Source: an uncultured Planctomycetaceae bacterium | GTDB taxonomy: Bacteria > Planctomycetota > Planctomycetia > Planctomycetales > Planctomycetaceae | Direction: 5' to 3' | NCBI GenBank assembly: GCA_963813715.1 | Contig: CAWFAK010000007.1 | Coordinates: forward strand, 384,001-448,000 | DNA length: 64,000 nucleotides | In this document: piece after piece, positions 21,700 to 32,025 of the stretch | Layout of the letters: each line of letters opens with the position of its first letter | How positions within the stretch are numbered: position 1 is the stretch's first letter | Position numbers and translations under genes: made by a program | The notes under the pieces: model-generated | What the model saw: the letters and a program-made list of their open reading frames with translations, nothing else | Database searches by the model: none | What the model was told of the DNA's origin: nothing

Positions 21700-22966
21700 C
21701 TACTTTGTCTTTCGCAATCGGAGCGGCCGGCTTCGCGTCGCGCTTGGTCGTATTCCCCTTGGTGCCGGCGCGGTTTTGACCTTATCGGTCGGAGCGATCG
21801 TGCGTTTGGTTTCAACCTTGGGCGACGACATCTTGGGCTGGCTGTCGGTCTTCGCCTTGGCGAGCTGGGTCGTCTGCGGCTTGAGCAAGGCAGACAGTTC
21901 CTTCTCGCGGCTGGCCTGCATGTCTGCGAGCTGCTTCTGCAGGTTCTGAATTTGAACGTCGTACTTTTTCGCGATGACCGTGGCCTTTTCGCGCTGTTCC
22001 TTCGTCATATTGATCTTGTCGTTTCCGACCGGAATTTTCGGGGCGACAACCGGTTGCTTCTGGACCGGCTTGGTCGACGTCGTTTTCACAGGGGCGGTGG
22101 CGACTGGCTTGGTCATCGTCGACTTGGTCTCGACCGCCTTGGTCGCCATCGGCTTGGCCGCGATCGACTTCGCCGCCGACGCCTGCATCTTGTTCGGAGT
22201 GGCCGTGAACCTGGTCGCCTGCTTGACGAACCCGACCGGCTTGGCGTTCGGCATCGATTTGCCGTTGGAAGCGACCTTGGTCACCGGCGCCGACTGAGGC
22301 TTGGTGACCGGCTTGGCCGCAGTCATGACCTTGCCGTTCGACTTAACAGTCGACTTGGGGGTGGACGGAGCGACCTTCGCGGTTACGACCGGCTTGACGG
22401 GCGTTTTCGGCGTGACAATCGGCTGCGGCTTGACTGGCTGCGACTTGACGACCGGGGCCGGCTTGGAGACGACGGGCTTTTTCTCCAGCGATTTGGCAAC
22501 GGGCATCGGTTTGACAACGGGAGCGGGTTTAACCACCGGCATCGGCTTGGCGATGGTCGCCGGTTTCGCGTTCACAATCGGAATGGTCTTCGGCGCGGGC
22601 TTGACGTTAACGACCGGCTTGCTGACCGGCATCGGTTTGGCGGCCGGCATCGGCTTCGCGACCGGAGCGGTTTTGACGGTTGCGGCGGGCGCCGGCTTCA
22701 CCATCGGCTTCACGTCGGTCTTCGGTTTGGAGGTCACTGGGGTGGTGGTGATCGTCTCTGGGTGGCATGGTTTTGGGAATCTGTCGGTCCTTGTCTTTTG
22801 ATGATTTTCCAGAGTCGATTGCCGGCTTTACGACAGTCACCGTCTTTTTCGTGTCTGTGGGCGGTTTCTTGGCGTTGGTGGTAGTGCCGTCACCCAGGCC
22901 TGGTGTTGCCGCCAGCAACGCCATGCCGGCAGCGACAGCCAGTGCCGGGATCCCTTGAAATTTCAT
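21700..22966 (-). CDS. secreted Lys/Pro/Ala/Val-rich low-complexity protein with a C-terminal coiled coil (frameshift at ~22770)
   Basis: Signal peptide MKFQGIPALAVAAGMALLAATPGLG with GAAGG RBS; many (A/V)KP(M/V/A)P repeats; MTKEQREKA...REKELSALL helical hairpin. Confidence 0.7.
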
Positions 22967-23227
22967 GACCGACTGACCTTCCTACTTCGAAATGAGCGCG
23001 GCCGAACCCGAGCCGGGCAACATTCCCGGCGCACTCCGTTTCCCCTATAAAAAGTTCGCACCTCAAGCTTCAATTAGCATCGGCAAGACATCGCACTCTG
23101 TCCGCGAGAGAGCGCGTGCGGCGAAAACCTCCGAACATCCCGCGGGCTTTGCCCAGCGAGCATCATGCGCGACACCGAGCGCGACGAGCACGACCGCTGC
23201 GGCGAGCGCGGACAGCAAGGAGCCCTG

Positions 23228-23617
23228 ATGAGCACTCCCTCCCCTCCCAAGCCGCCCGCCGATCTGCGCGACTACCTCGCGGAGGAGCGCACGTTTCTGG
23301 CGTGGATTCGCACGGGGCTGACTTTGATGGGCTTTGGCTTCGTGGTCGCGCGGTTCGGCCTGTTCCTGGAGGTCATGCAGATCAACCGGGGCGTCACGGT
23401 CGTCCAATCGCACGGCTTCTCCCGCTGGGTGGGAACCGCGTTTGTCGCGGCCGGAGTCGCCACAAACCTGTTTTCCGTCCGGCGGCATTTTCGCATGGTC
23501 GGCGAGCTGAACCGCGGCCAACTGTCCGCCCGCCCCACCTCGACTCTGGCGATCGTTCTGGCCGTGTTCCTGGCGCTGGCCGGCGTGGCGATGGCACTGT
23601 ACGTCAGTCTGGCGTGA
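23228..23617 (+). CDS. DUF202 (YidH-like) membrane protein
   Basis: RDYLAEERTFLAWIRTGL motif; AAGGAG RBS. Confidence 0.9.
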   Translation: MSTPSPPKPPADLRDYLAEERTFLAWIRTGLTLMGFGFVVARFGLFLEVMQINRGVTVVQSHGFSRWVGTAFVAAGVATNLFSVRRHFRMVGELNRGQLSARPTSTLAIVLAVFLALAGVAMALYVSLA

Positions 23618-23737
23618 CGAGGCTGCCGCCGACGAATGATCTCTGATACCCTCACGCCAAGGCCTCCACGAACGGCTTGGCTTCCAGCGGGCAGCGACAT
23701 AGGGAACAATCAACGCCACCAGTGAGGAGCCGACCTG

Positions 23738-24658
23738 ATGGAGACGCAGGAACGAGACCTCCGCAGCACGGGCATCGCACACACCTCGATTCACCGAGTC
23801 GAAGCAGACGGTGTGAACGTCTTCTATCGCGAAGCCGGCCCGCAAAATGCCCCGGTGCTGCTGCTGTTGCACGGCTTCCCCACGTCGTCGTTCCAATACC
23901 GCGAACTCATTCCGCGCTTGGCCGGCCCCTATCGGGTCATCGCGCCTGACCTGCCGGGCTTCGGCTTCACCGAAGTGCCCGAGTCGCGGCAGTATCGCTA
24001 CACGTTCGACGCGCTGGCCCAGACCATTCTCGCCTTCACCGACGCGCTCGACCTGCGGCACTACGGCCTCTATGTCTTCGACTACGGGGCACCGACCGGT
24101 TTTCGCCTGGCGATGGCGCGGCCCGCTTCGGTGACGGCCATCGTGTCGCAGAACGGCAACGCTTATGAGGAGGGCCTGGGCGATGCCTGGGCTCCCATTC
24201 GCCGGTACTGGAACGAACCGACGTCCGAGAATCGCGAACGGATCCGCAAGGCCCTGACCCCAGCCGGCATTCAACGCGAGTATTCGGTGGGCATTCCCGA
24301 TCCCGACCTCATCGCGCCGGAGGGCTACACGCTCGATGCCGCTCTGATCGGACGGCCCGGCAACGCCGACATTCAACTCGACTTGTTTCTGGACTACGCG
24401 AACAACGTGAAACTCTACCCGGCGTTCCAAAACTATTTTCGCGTGTCCCAGCCCCCACTCTTAGCAATCTGGGGACAGCGAGACCTGTATTTCGTTCCGG
24501 CCGGTGCGGAGGCGTTCAAACGCGACATTCCCAAAGCCCTTGTGCAGTTTTTGGACACCGGGCACTTCGCTCTGGAAACGCACGTCGAGGAGGTCGCCGT
24601 GGCGGTGCGGCGATTTTTGGCCCAGGCCCTGGCGGCAAGCATGCCCTGTTGTCACTAA
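23738..24658 (+). CDS. alpha/beta hydrolase (epoxide hydrolase/dehalogenase-like)
   Basis: LLHGFPTSS, APDLPGFG, VFDYGAP and DTGHFALE motifs. Confidence 0.9.
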   Translation: METQERDLRSTGIAHTSIHRVEADGVNVFYREAGPQNAPVLLLLHGFPTSSFQYRELIPRLAGPYRVIAPDLPGFGFTEVPESRQYRYTFDALAQTILAFTDALDLRHYGLYVFDYGAPTGFRLAMARPASVTAIVSQNGNAYEEGLGDAWAPIRRYWNEPTSENRERIRKALTPAGIQREYSVGIPDPDLIAPEGYTLDAALIGRPGNADIQLDLFLDYANNVKLYPAFQNYFRVSQPPLLAIWGQRDLYFVPAGAEAFKRDIPKALVQFLDTGHFALETHVEEVAVAVRRFLAQALAASMPCCH

Positions 24659-24735
24659 TAGGCCGCACGTGGACGCAGTCGGCAATCGCAGGTTTTTGAT
24701 CCCGCAATCGTCTATCACGCTGAAGGAAAGCACCG

Positions 24736-25906
24736 ATGAGTTCCGTTGATCGACGCCAGTCCCTGGGAGCGACTTTTGCCGCCTCGGCGGCCGGGCTGGT
24801 CGCGACATCGACTGCCACGGCCGGCGACACGAGCTTTTCCAACAACGTCCCCGACCCGCTCTTGTCGGGACACGAGCTGCCGACGTTCAAATTCGCCCTG
24901 GAAAAATCCGAGGGCAAAGTCATCGGCAACAGCTATCGGCAAGGAAGCCACGGTCGTGCAGTTGCCAATCTCGAAGGGCATTGCCGGCGTGTCGATGAAG
25001 CTCGAGCCGGGGGCCATGCGCGAGCTGCACTGGCATGCGACGGCCGCCGAATGGGCGTTCGTGCTCAGTGGTCGCGTGCGGACGACCGTGATCGAACCCG
25101 AAGGCTTCGCGGAAACGAACGACTTCGAGCCGGGCGACGTCTGGTACTTTCCCCGCGGCCACGGGCACATGCTGGAGTGCTTGGGCACCGAGCCGTGCCA
25201 TTTCATCCTGATCTTCGACAACGGCTATTTTTCGGAGTTCGGCACGTTCAGCATCAGCGATTGGGTGGGCCACACGCCCAAGCCGCTCTTGGCCAAGAAT
25301 TTTGGCCTCCCCGAAACGTCGTTCGACGGCTTTCCGAAGGAAGAAGTCTACTTCGCCCGCGGCGAGGTGCCCCCGGCGACTCCCCAGCCGCCGCTGCAGG
25401 GCTGGAAGCTGCCGCCGCTCACGCACAAGTATCAGCTCCTGTCGCAACCGCCGCACCGCGTCTTCAAAGGCGGACGCGAGTGGCGCGTCGACTCGTCGTC
25501 GTTTCCCATCTCGAAAACCGTCACCGGCGTGGTTCTGGAGCTGGAGCCGGGTGGTCTCCGCGAACTGCATTGGCATCCGACCGCGGACGAATGGGATTAC
25601 GTCATCGAGGGGAACCTGAGCATCACCCTGTTCGGCTCACACGGCCGATTCCGGACCGAAGTTTTGGAAAAGGGCGACGTCAGCTACATCCCGCAGGGGT
25701 ACGGGCATTCCCTCGAGAACGTGGGCAACAAGCCGTGCCGCGTGCTGATCGGGTTCAACACGGGCGTTTACGCCACGATCGATTTGTCGCAGTGGATCGC
25801 GGGCAATCCGCTCGACGTGCTGGCGACCAACTTCAGCAAGCCGGCCTCGCTCTTCGAGAAGTTTCCGCACAAGGACGTCTTTATCGCCGACAAGGACGGA
25901 CACTGA
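24736..25906 (+). CDS. oxalate decarboxylase-family bicupin with Tat-like leader (frameshift at ~24935)
   Basis: Two RELHWH...EW cupin motifs with downstream His; lid sequence GYFSEFGTF; N-terminal VDRRQSL. Confidence 0.85.
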
Positions 25907-25976
25907 GCCGGCAGGCACTCAGTTTGCTCCAATCGCGGGCGTCGAACGACGGGGGAATTGCAAGGAGGAGTCAGTC

Positions 25977-26951
25977 GTGTCCGAACAGATCCCATCGAGA
26001 ACGCTCGGGCGCACTGGGGTGAAAGTTTCGGCCCTCGGCCTGGGCGGCCATCACCTGGGCGACGTGGCAACGATCGACGACGCCGTCGAACTTGTGCACG
26101 AGGCGCTCGACGCCGGCATCACCTTCTTCGACAACTGCTGGGAGTATTACGACGGCCGCTCGGAAGACTGGCTGGGACGCGGCCTCAAGGGGCGACGCGA
26201 CCAGGCCTTCGTGATGACCAAGGTCTGCACGCACGGCCGCAGCGCCGCTTTGGCGATGACCATGCTCGAACAGTCGCTCCGCCGGCTGCAGACCGATCAT
26301 CTCGACCTCTGGCAAATCCATGACATGGCCTTCGACAACGACCCCGAGCTGGCCTACGCGCCCGGCGGCGTGATCGAGGCGCTCGACAAGGCCAAGCAGC
26401 AAGGCAAGACCCGCTTCGTCGGCTTCACCGGGCACAAGAACCCGGCCGTTCATCTCAAGATGCTCGAGCTGGGCTACGCGTTCGACACGGTGCAGATGCC
26501 GCTCAATGCCTTCGACGCCAATTTTCACAGCTTCGAGCAGCACGTACTGCCGGAAGTGAATCGGCGGGGAATGGGCGCGCTCGGCATGAAGAGCTTCGGC
26601 GGGACGGCCTGGTCGATCAAGCGCGGCGTGGTCAAACCGGAGGAATTGCTCCGCTACGCGATGAGCCTGCCGGTCACCGTCACCATCAGCGGCATGGACT
26701 CGCTGGCCGTGCTGCGGCAAAACCTGAAAGTGGCCCGCGGCTTCACGCCCCTGTCACCTCAGGAGATGCAGGCGCTTCGCGATCGGTGTGCGCCGTTTGC
26801 GGCGGACGGCCGCTTCGAGCCCTACAAGGTTTCGCTGATGTTCGACAATCCCGAGGCCCGCCAGGCGCACGGCTTCCCCCTCGACCCCAATAATAAAGAA
26901 GTCAAAGAGATGTTTCGCCTGGTCGCGGGAGGCACGCCTTCGCAGAAGTGA
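25977..26951 (+). CDS. aldo/keto reductase
   Basis: RTLGRTG..VSALGLG, FFDNCWEY, MTK, SLRRLQTDHLDLWQIH and VGFTGH motifs. Confidence 0.9.
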   Translation: MSEQIPSRTLGRTGVKVSALGLGGHHLGDVATIDDAVELVHEALDAGITFFDNCWEYYDGRSEDWLGRGLKGRRDQAFVMTKVCTHGRSAALAMTMLEQSLRRLQTDHLDLWQIHDMAFDNDPELAYAPGGVIEALDKAKQQGKTRFVGFTGHKNPAVHLKMLELGYAFDTVQMPLNAFDANFHSFEQHVLPEVNRRGMGALGMKSFGGTAWSIKRGVVKPEELLRYAMSLPVTVTISGMDSLAVLRQNLKVARGFTPLSPQEMQALRDRCAPFAADGRFEPYKVSLMFDNPEARQAHGFPLDPNNKEVKEMFRLVAGGTPSQK

Positions 26952-26965
26952 CACGGAAGGACCAA

Positions 26966-28045
26966 ATGGACCAGCCACAACAAGAGTCGCAGCGAGAATC
27001 GTCCGGGACGTGGGTCACCGATCGGCGAGAATTCCTGGCACACGCCGCGGCGGCTGCCGGGGGAACCGTGTTGGCAGGAGCCGCTGCATCTCGCTCGACG
27101 GCCGGGCCCAACGACGCCGTGCCGGATCGCATCCCGCAGCGCGCCTTCGGCAAATCGAGCGACAAAGTTTCGATCCTCGGCCTGGGCGGCTACACGCTCG
27201 GACAGGCGGCTTCCTACGACGTCGCTGAGCAAATCGTGCGCGAGGCGCTCGAGGCCGGCGTGACGTTCTTCGACAACGCCTGGGAGTATCACCAAGGCAA
27301 GAGCGAAGAATGGATGGGCAAGGCGCTCAAAGGTCGCCGCGACGGCGTCTTCTTGATGACCAAAGTCTGCACGCACGGTCGGGACAAGAAAACCGCCCTG
27401 CGGCAGCTCGACGATTCGCTGCGACGGCTGCAGACCGACCATCTCGATCTGTGGCAAGTGCACGAAGTCATTTACCACAACGACCCCGAAATGATTTACG
27501 CCCGCGACGGCGTGCTCGAGGCGCTGACCGAGGCCAAGCAGCAGGGCAAGACCCGCTACGTCGGCTTCACCGGCCACAAGGATCCGATCATCCATCTCGA
27601 CATGCTCGCGCGGGGTTACCCGTTCGACGCGGTGCAAATGCCCCTCAACTGCTTCGACGCCACGTTTCGCAGCTTCGAAAAGCACGTTCTGCCCGAGGTC
27701 AACCGCCGGGGAATGGCGGCGCTCGGCATGAAGAGCATGGGGGGCGGCGGCGAGCCGTTGCTGCAGGGAGCGGTGACGCCCGAAGAAGCGCTCCGCTATG
27801 CGCTGAGCCTGCCGGTCACCGTCACGATCAGCGGCATCGACGCGGTCTCGGTGCTGCGACAGAACGTCGCGATTGCCCGCGGCTTCACGCCGCTCCGCGA
27901 GCCCGAGCTGCAGGCGCTCCGCGATCGGTGTGCCGCGGTGGCCGCCGACGGGCACCTGGAACTCTACAAAACGACCCTGAAGTACGACGGGGACGTGGGC
28001 CGCGAACAGCACGGTTATCCCACGCCCAAAGAATTGCCTCTCTAG
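26966..28045 (+). CDS. aldo/keto reductase with Tat signal peptide
   Basis: TDRREFL leader; the same AKR motifs as the upstream gene, of which it is a clear paralogue. Confidence 0.9.
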   Translation: MDQPQQESQRESSGTWVTDRREFLAHAAAAAGGTVLAGAAASRSTAGPNDAVPDRIPQRAFGKSSDKVSILGLGGYTLGQAASYDVAEQIVREALEAGVTFFDNAWEYHQGKSEEWMGKALKGRRDGVFLMTKVCTHGRDKKTALRQLDDSLRRLQTDHLDLWQVHEVIYHNDPEMIYARDGVLEALTEAKQQGKTRYVGFTGHKDPIIHLDMLARGYPFDAVQMPLNCFDATFRSFEKHVLPEVNRRGMAALGMKSMGGGGEPLLQGAVTPEEALRYALSLPVTVTISGIDAVSVLRQNVAIARGFTPLREPELQALRDRCAAVAADGHLELYKTTLKYDGDVGREQHGYPTPKELPL

Positions 28046-28115
28046 CTGTGCCGCGTCGTTTCAATATTTAAGAGAAGTATCCAGGGCCAAAACTCTTCAA
28101 TTGGGAGCCTCTGCC

Positions 28116-28559
28116 ATGAAACGCACCCTCTGGTCATTGATCCCGATTCTGATCCTGGCCGTCCTGAGTAGCGGCGACCGGACCACTCCGGCCGCGCAGA
28201 CTCCGCACGAGCACGGCGGCGCCTTTGCCAACTGCGCGAAGGCCTGCGCGGAGTGCATGAATTCGTGTGCCTCGTGTTATCACCACTGTGCGAGCCTGGT
28301 GACCGAAGGCCACAAAGACCACGCCAAGACGATGACATTGTGCAACGATTGCGCGGAGGTTTGCGCGACGGCCGCCAAACTCACGTCCCGGCACAGCCCG
28401 TTTGCCGGCGTCATTTGCGAAGCGTGCGCGAAGACCTGCGATGACTGCGCGGCCGCCTGCGGCGCCTTCCCCGACGACCAGCACATGGCCGCCTGCGCCA
28501 AAGCTTGCCGCGAATGCGCCGCGGCCTGCCGCGAGATGATTCATCACACCTCCGGCTGA
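28116..28559 (+). CDS. four-helix-bundle copper storage protein (Csp/DUF326-like) with signal peptide
   Basis: 18 Cys in CxxxC/CxxC arrays; His-rich; hydrophobic N-terminus. Confidence 0.9.
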   Translation: MKRTLWSLIPILILAVLSSGDRTTPAAQTPHEHGGAFANCAKACAECMNSCASCYHHCASLVTEGHKDHAKTMTLCNDCAEVCATAAKLTSRHSPFAGVICEACAKTCDDCAAACGAFPDDQHMAACAKACRECAAACREMIHHTSG

Positions 28560-28686
28560 CCCGACGCCCTTCGCTCGCAAGTTCCTTTCGTAGCCGACGT
28601 CAGATCGGCTGCTACACTGTCTGCGCCCGCTCGGGCGATCCAAAACGCTCTCGATCGCAGGCTCACTCCGCCAAAGGAAAAAACGC

Positions 28687-30411
28687 ATGTCCTATACCGT
28701 GGCCCAGCAGCTCGTCGACACGCTGATCAAGGCCGGCGTCCAGCGGATCTATGGCATCGTCGGAGACAGCCTCAACCCGGTGACGGACGCGCTCCGCCGC
28801 AGCAAGAAAATCCAGTGGGTGCACGTGCGACATGAAGAGACGGCGGCCTTCGCGGCCGGAGCCGAAGCCCAGCTCACCGGCCGACTGGCGGTTTGCGCGG
28901 GGAGCTGCGGCCCCGGCAACTTGCATCTCATCAACGGCCTGTTCGACGCCCACCGGAGCCTGGCCCCAGTGCTCGCGCTGGCCGCGCACATTCCCAGCTC
29001 GGAGGTCGGCACCGGCTACTTCCAGGAGACGCACCCGGACCAGCTGTTCCGCGAATGCAGCCACTATTGCGAACTCATCGCCAACCCCAAGCAAATGCCC
29101 CGCGTGCTGCAATCGGCCATGCAACATGCCGTGAGCAAACAGGGAGTGTCGCTGGTCGCGCTCTCGGGCGACGTGGCCGGAATGGAAGCCTCGTCCCACG
29201 TCGTGCCCGGCATCGCGACCGAAGAGCCCGTCATCCGGCCGGCCGACGGCGACCTGTCGCGTCTGGCCGACCTGCTTAATAAGGGCCGGGTGACCATCTT
29301 CTGCGGGGCCGGCTGCGCGGGCGCCCATGCCGAAGTCGTGGCCCTGGCGGAGAAACTCAAGGCACCGGTCGGCTACAGCTTCCGTGGCAAGGAATGGGTC
29401 GAGTACGACAATCCCTACGCCGTCGGCATGACCGGCCTTTTGGGCTGGGGCTCGGCCTACCAGGCGATGCACGGCTGCGAAGTCCTGCTGCTGTTGGGCA
29501 CGGACTTTCCCTACGAAGCGTTCATGCCCACCGCGCCGACCATCGTTCAGGTCGACATACGCCCCGAGCGGCTCGGCCGCCGCTCCAAGCTCGATCTGGG
29601 TCTCTGCGGCGACGTGGGCGATACGATCCGCGCCTTGCTGCCGCTGCTCAAGGGAAAGTCCGATCGCACGTTTCTCGACACGATGCTCGAACATCGCAAG
29701 ACGGCCGAGCACAAGCTCCGCGCCTACGTCGACCAGGTCAGCACCCGCCGGCCAATTCACCCCGAGTCCGTGGCCGCGACCGTGGACGAGTTCGCCGGCG
29801 AAGACGCCGTGTTCACCGTCGACACGGGGATGTGCGCCGTCTGGGGCGCCCGGTATCTGCACGCCGCCAAGGCCCGTCGTATTCTGGGTTCGTTCAATCA
29901 TGGCTCGATGGCGAATGCCCTGCCCCAGGCGATCGGCGCTCAAGCGGCGTTTCCCCAGCGGCCGGTGATCTCTTTTTCCGGCGACGGCGGACTGGCGATG
30001 ATGATGGGCGAACTGCTCACGGTCGCCCAATACAAGTTGCCAGTGAAGATCGTCGTCTTCAACAACGGCCGGCTGGGGATGGTGCAGCTCGAAATGGAGG
30101 CCGCGGGGCTGCCTCATTACGGCTGCGACTTGGTGAATCCGAACTTCGCGGCACTCGCTCAGGCGATCGGACTTACGGGGATTCGGGTCGAGGATCCGCA
30201 GGAGGTCCGCCCGGCCATCGAAAAAGCCATGGCGGCCAGCGGGCCGGTGGTCGTCGACGTGGTGACCGACCCGGACGTCCTCAGCATGCCCCCCAAGGCG
30301 ACGATCCAGCAGGCCGAGGGGTTCGCTTTGGCCATGACCCGCATGACCTTCGCGGGCGAAGCGAAAGATGTTCTCGAAACCGTCATGGCAAACTGGAAGG
30401 CGATCACTTGA
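28687..30411 (+). CDS. poxB: pyruvate dehydrogenase/oxidase, ThDP- and FAD-dependent
   Basis: GIVGDSLN, VRHEETAAFAA, GSCGPGNLHLING, GSFNHGSMANA and GDGG...NN ThDP motif. Confidence 0.9.
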   Translation: MSYTVAQQLVDTLIKAGVQRIYGIVGDSLNPVTDALRRSKKIQWVHVRHEETAAFAAGAEAQLTGRLAVCAGSCGPGNLHLINGLFDAHRSLAPVLALAAHIPSSEVGTGYFQETHPDQLFRECSHYCELIANPKQMPRVLQSAMQHAVSKQGVSLVALSGDVAGMEASSHVVPGIATEEPVIRPADGDLSRLADLLNKGRVTIFCGAGCAGAHAEVVALAEKLKAPVGYSFRGKEWVEYDNPYAVGMTGLLGWGSAYQAMHGCEVLLLLGTDFPYEAFMPTAPTIVQVDIRPERLGRRSKLDLGLCGDVGDTIRALLPLLKGKSDRTFLDTMLEHRKTAEHKLRAYVDQVSTRRPIHPESVAATVDEFAGEDAVFTVDTGMCAVWGARYLHAAKARRILGSFNHGSMANALPQAIGAQAAFPQRPVISFSGDGGLAMMMGELLTVAQYKLPVKIVVFNNGRLGMVQLEMEAAGLPHYGCDLVNPNFAALAQAIGLTGIRVEDPQEVRPAIEKAMAASGPVVVDVVTDPDVLSMPPKATIQQAEGFALAMTRMTFAGEAKDVLETVMANWKAIT

Positions 30412-30540
30412 GCAAACGTGACGACTTGGCAGTCGCACCCTCCCCAGAATTTGACTTTGGGCGAGCATGGCGCATGTTGCTGGAAGAAACTGCGCCAGCG
30501 ATCGCCGCGCGTCGGCGGCCCGTTGCTTGGGGGGAGTTCG

Positions 30541-31234
30541 ATGCCTGGAGTCGGCACGAAGGTCGGAAGCCAGACAGGCCGCAGAAGCCAAACAGCTGGA
30601 ACGGCGGGAATTATTTTGTTCTCCGTCGCGGTCGGTGTGATGGCTCTTTTCACATTGTTGTTGGCGGTTTCCGACGCCCGCTCGCGTGCCGAGCGACAGG
30701 CCGAGACGCAGACGGCAGCGAACGCAGCTGCGGCGGGCGCGGTGGCCGATCTCCCCAAAGGAACAGCCGCGGTGCTCCGCTCGGCGGGTCGAATCCTGGG
30801 ATCGCAAAAGGTCGAGGGCCTGCCGGGGCGATTCGGAGCCCAGGCCATCCAGGTCGGCCATTGGGATGCGGGCCGGCCAGTCGTTCGCGACCGGCGCGGG
30901 AGCGCCGAATGCCGTGCGAGTCACGGTCCGATTGAGCGACGAGCGGACTCTGTGCGCCCTGTTCCTGGGGAGCCGAACCGAATCGCCGATCGAAGCCAGC
31001 GCCCGTCGCCCTGCTGGATACCGCGGGTCATCCGGTCGTCGCCGCAGTCTCCGCGAAGACTACCGCCACTCGCTGACCGCCCCTTTTGCCCAGCCCGCCG
31101 CAAATCTCGCCGGCGTCTTCACACTCGGACCTAAAACGAGTGGCAACCAACGCTTGGCAACTTCGTTTGCCCACGCGGCGAATCCGTTCACTCCCCCACT
31201 CAGTTGGCGCACTGCCGCGGCGCGGATCAAATAA
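30541..31234 (+). CDS. divergent TadG-like (pilus assembly) protein, frameshifted
   Basis: TM segment, then QTAANAAAAGA, IQVGHWD and PNAVRVTV (second frame), which resemble TadG family motifs. The 3' end is uncertain. Confidence 0.4.
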
Positions 31235-31282
31235 CTGCCGGAAGCCATTCTTGGGGGCCTTCAACAACAGGAGATTTCGACC

Positions 31283-31801
31283 ATGGTCAAGAACGCTGCA
31301 CCACCCGCCAAAATCGCCAAGGCCTTGGCAACGCCCACCGATCTGAGCCGTGACGGCGTCGAAGAGATCTGCGAGGAGTTGCGCAAGCTCCTGGCCGACG
31401 TGTTCGCCCTCTATCTGAAGACCAAGAATTTTCACTGGCATATGACGGGCCCGCATTTTCGCGATTATCACCTCCTGCTCGACGAGCATTCCGAGCAGAT
31501 CTTCGCCATGACCGACGACATCGCCGAACGGGCCCGCAAGATCGGCGGGACCACGCTGCATTCGATCGGCGAAATCGCCCGCGAACAGCGGATCGAGGAC
31601 AACAACAAAGACTTCGTCCCGCCGCTGGACATGCTGGCCGAGCTGTCGGACGACAATCAGCAACTGACCCGCGCGATGCGGGCCACCCACGAAGTCTGCG
31701 ACCGTCACAACGACATCGCCACAGCCAGCCTGCTGGAAAACTGGATCGACGAAACCGAACGACGGACTTGGTTCCTGTCCGAGACCGTGAACGCCCGCTA
31801 G
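31283..31801 (+). CDS. dps: Dps family DNA protection protein
   Basis: KTKNFHWHMTGPHFRDYHLLLDE, DDIAERAR and ERRTWFL motifs; AGGAG RBS. Confidence 0.95.
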   Translation: MVKNAAPPAKIAKALATPTDLSRDGVEEICEELRKLLADVFALYLKTKNFHWHMTGPHFRDYHLLLDEHSEQIFAMTDDIAERARKIGGTTLHSIGEIAREQRIEDNNKDFVPPLDMLAELSDDNQQLTRAMRATHEVCDRHNDIATASLLENWIDETERRTWFLSETVNAR

Positions 31802-32025
31802 CCGGCTCGAAAACGGACATACGCTGCCGCCGGACGGTTGCCGTGCGCCCGCATCGGTCCCTCGCGACGTTCCACGATGACTGCGCGGTCACGCTGATCG
31901 AGCGGGTGGATCGCCACCGGCGTCCGGCCAGTGTTTGCGCCATCGCTTGGGCTGCTCACGTTCGCGGCGTGACGGATCGGGGTCAACCGGGACTCGAATG
32001 CACCCGCGTTAGAAAGGCGCCCCAC

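Noticed and set aside
21952..22884. Plus-strand Gly/Thr/Leu- or Arg-rich repeat ORFs
   Set aside because: They mirror the minus-strand Lys/Pro-rich gene, which has the RBS and signal peptide.
28663..30924. 753-aa minus-strand ORF
   Set aside because: It is an antisense shadow of poxB.
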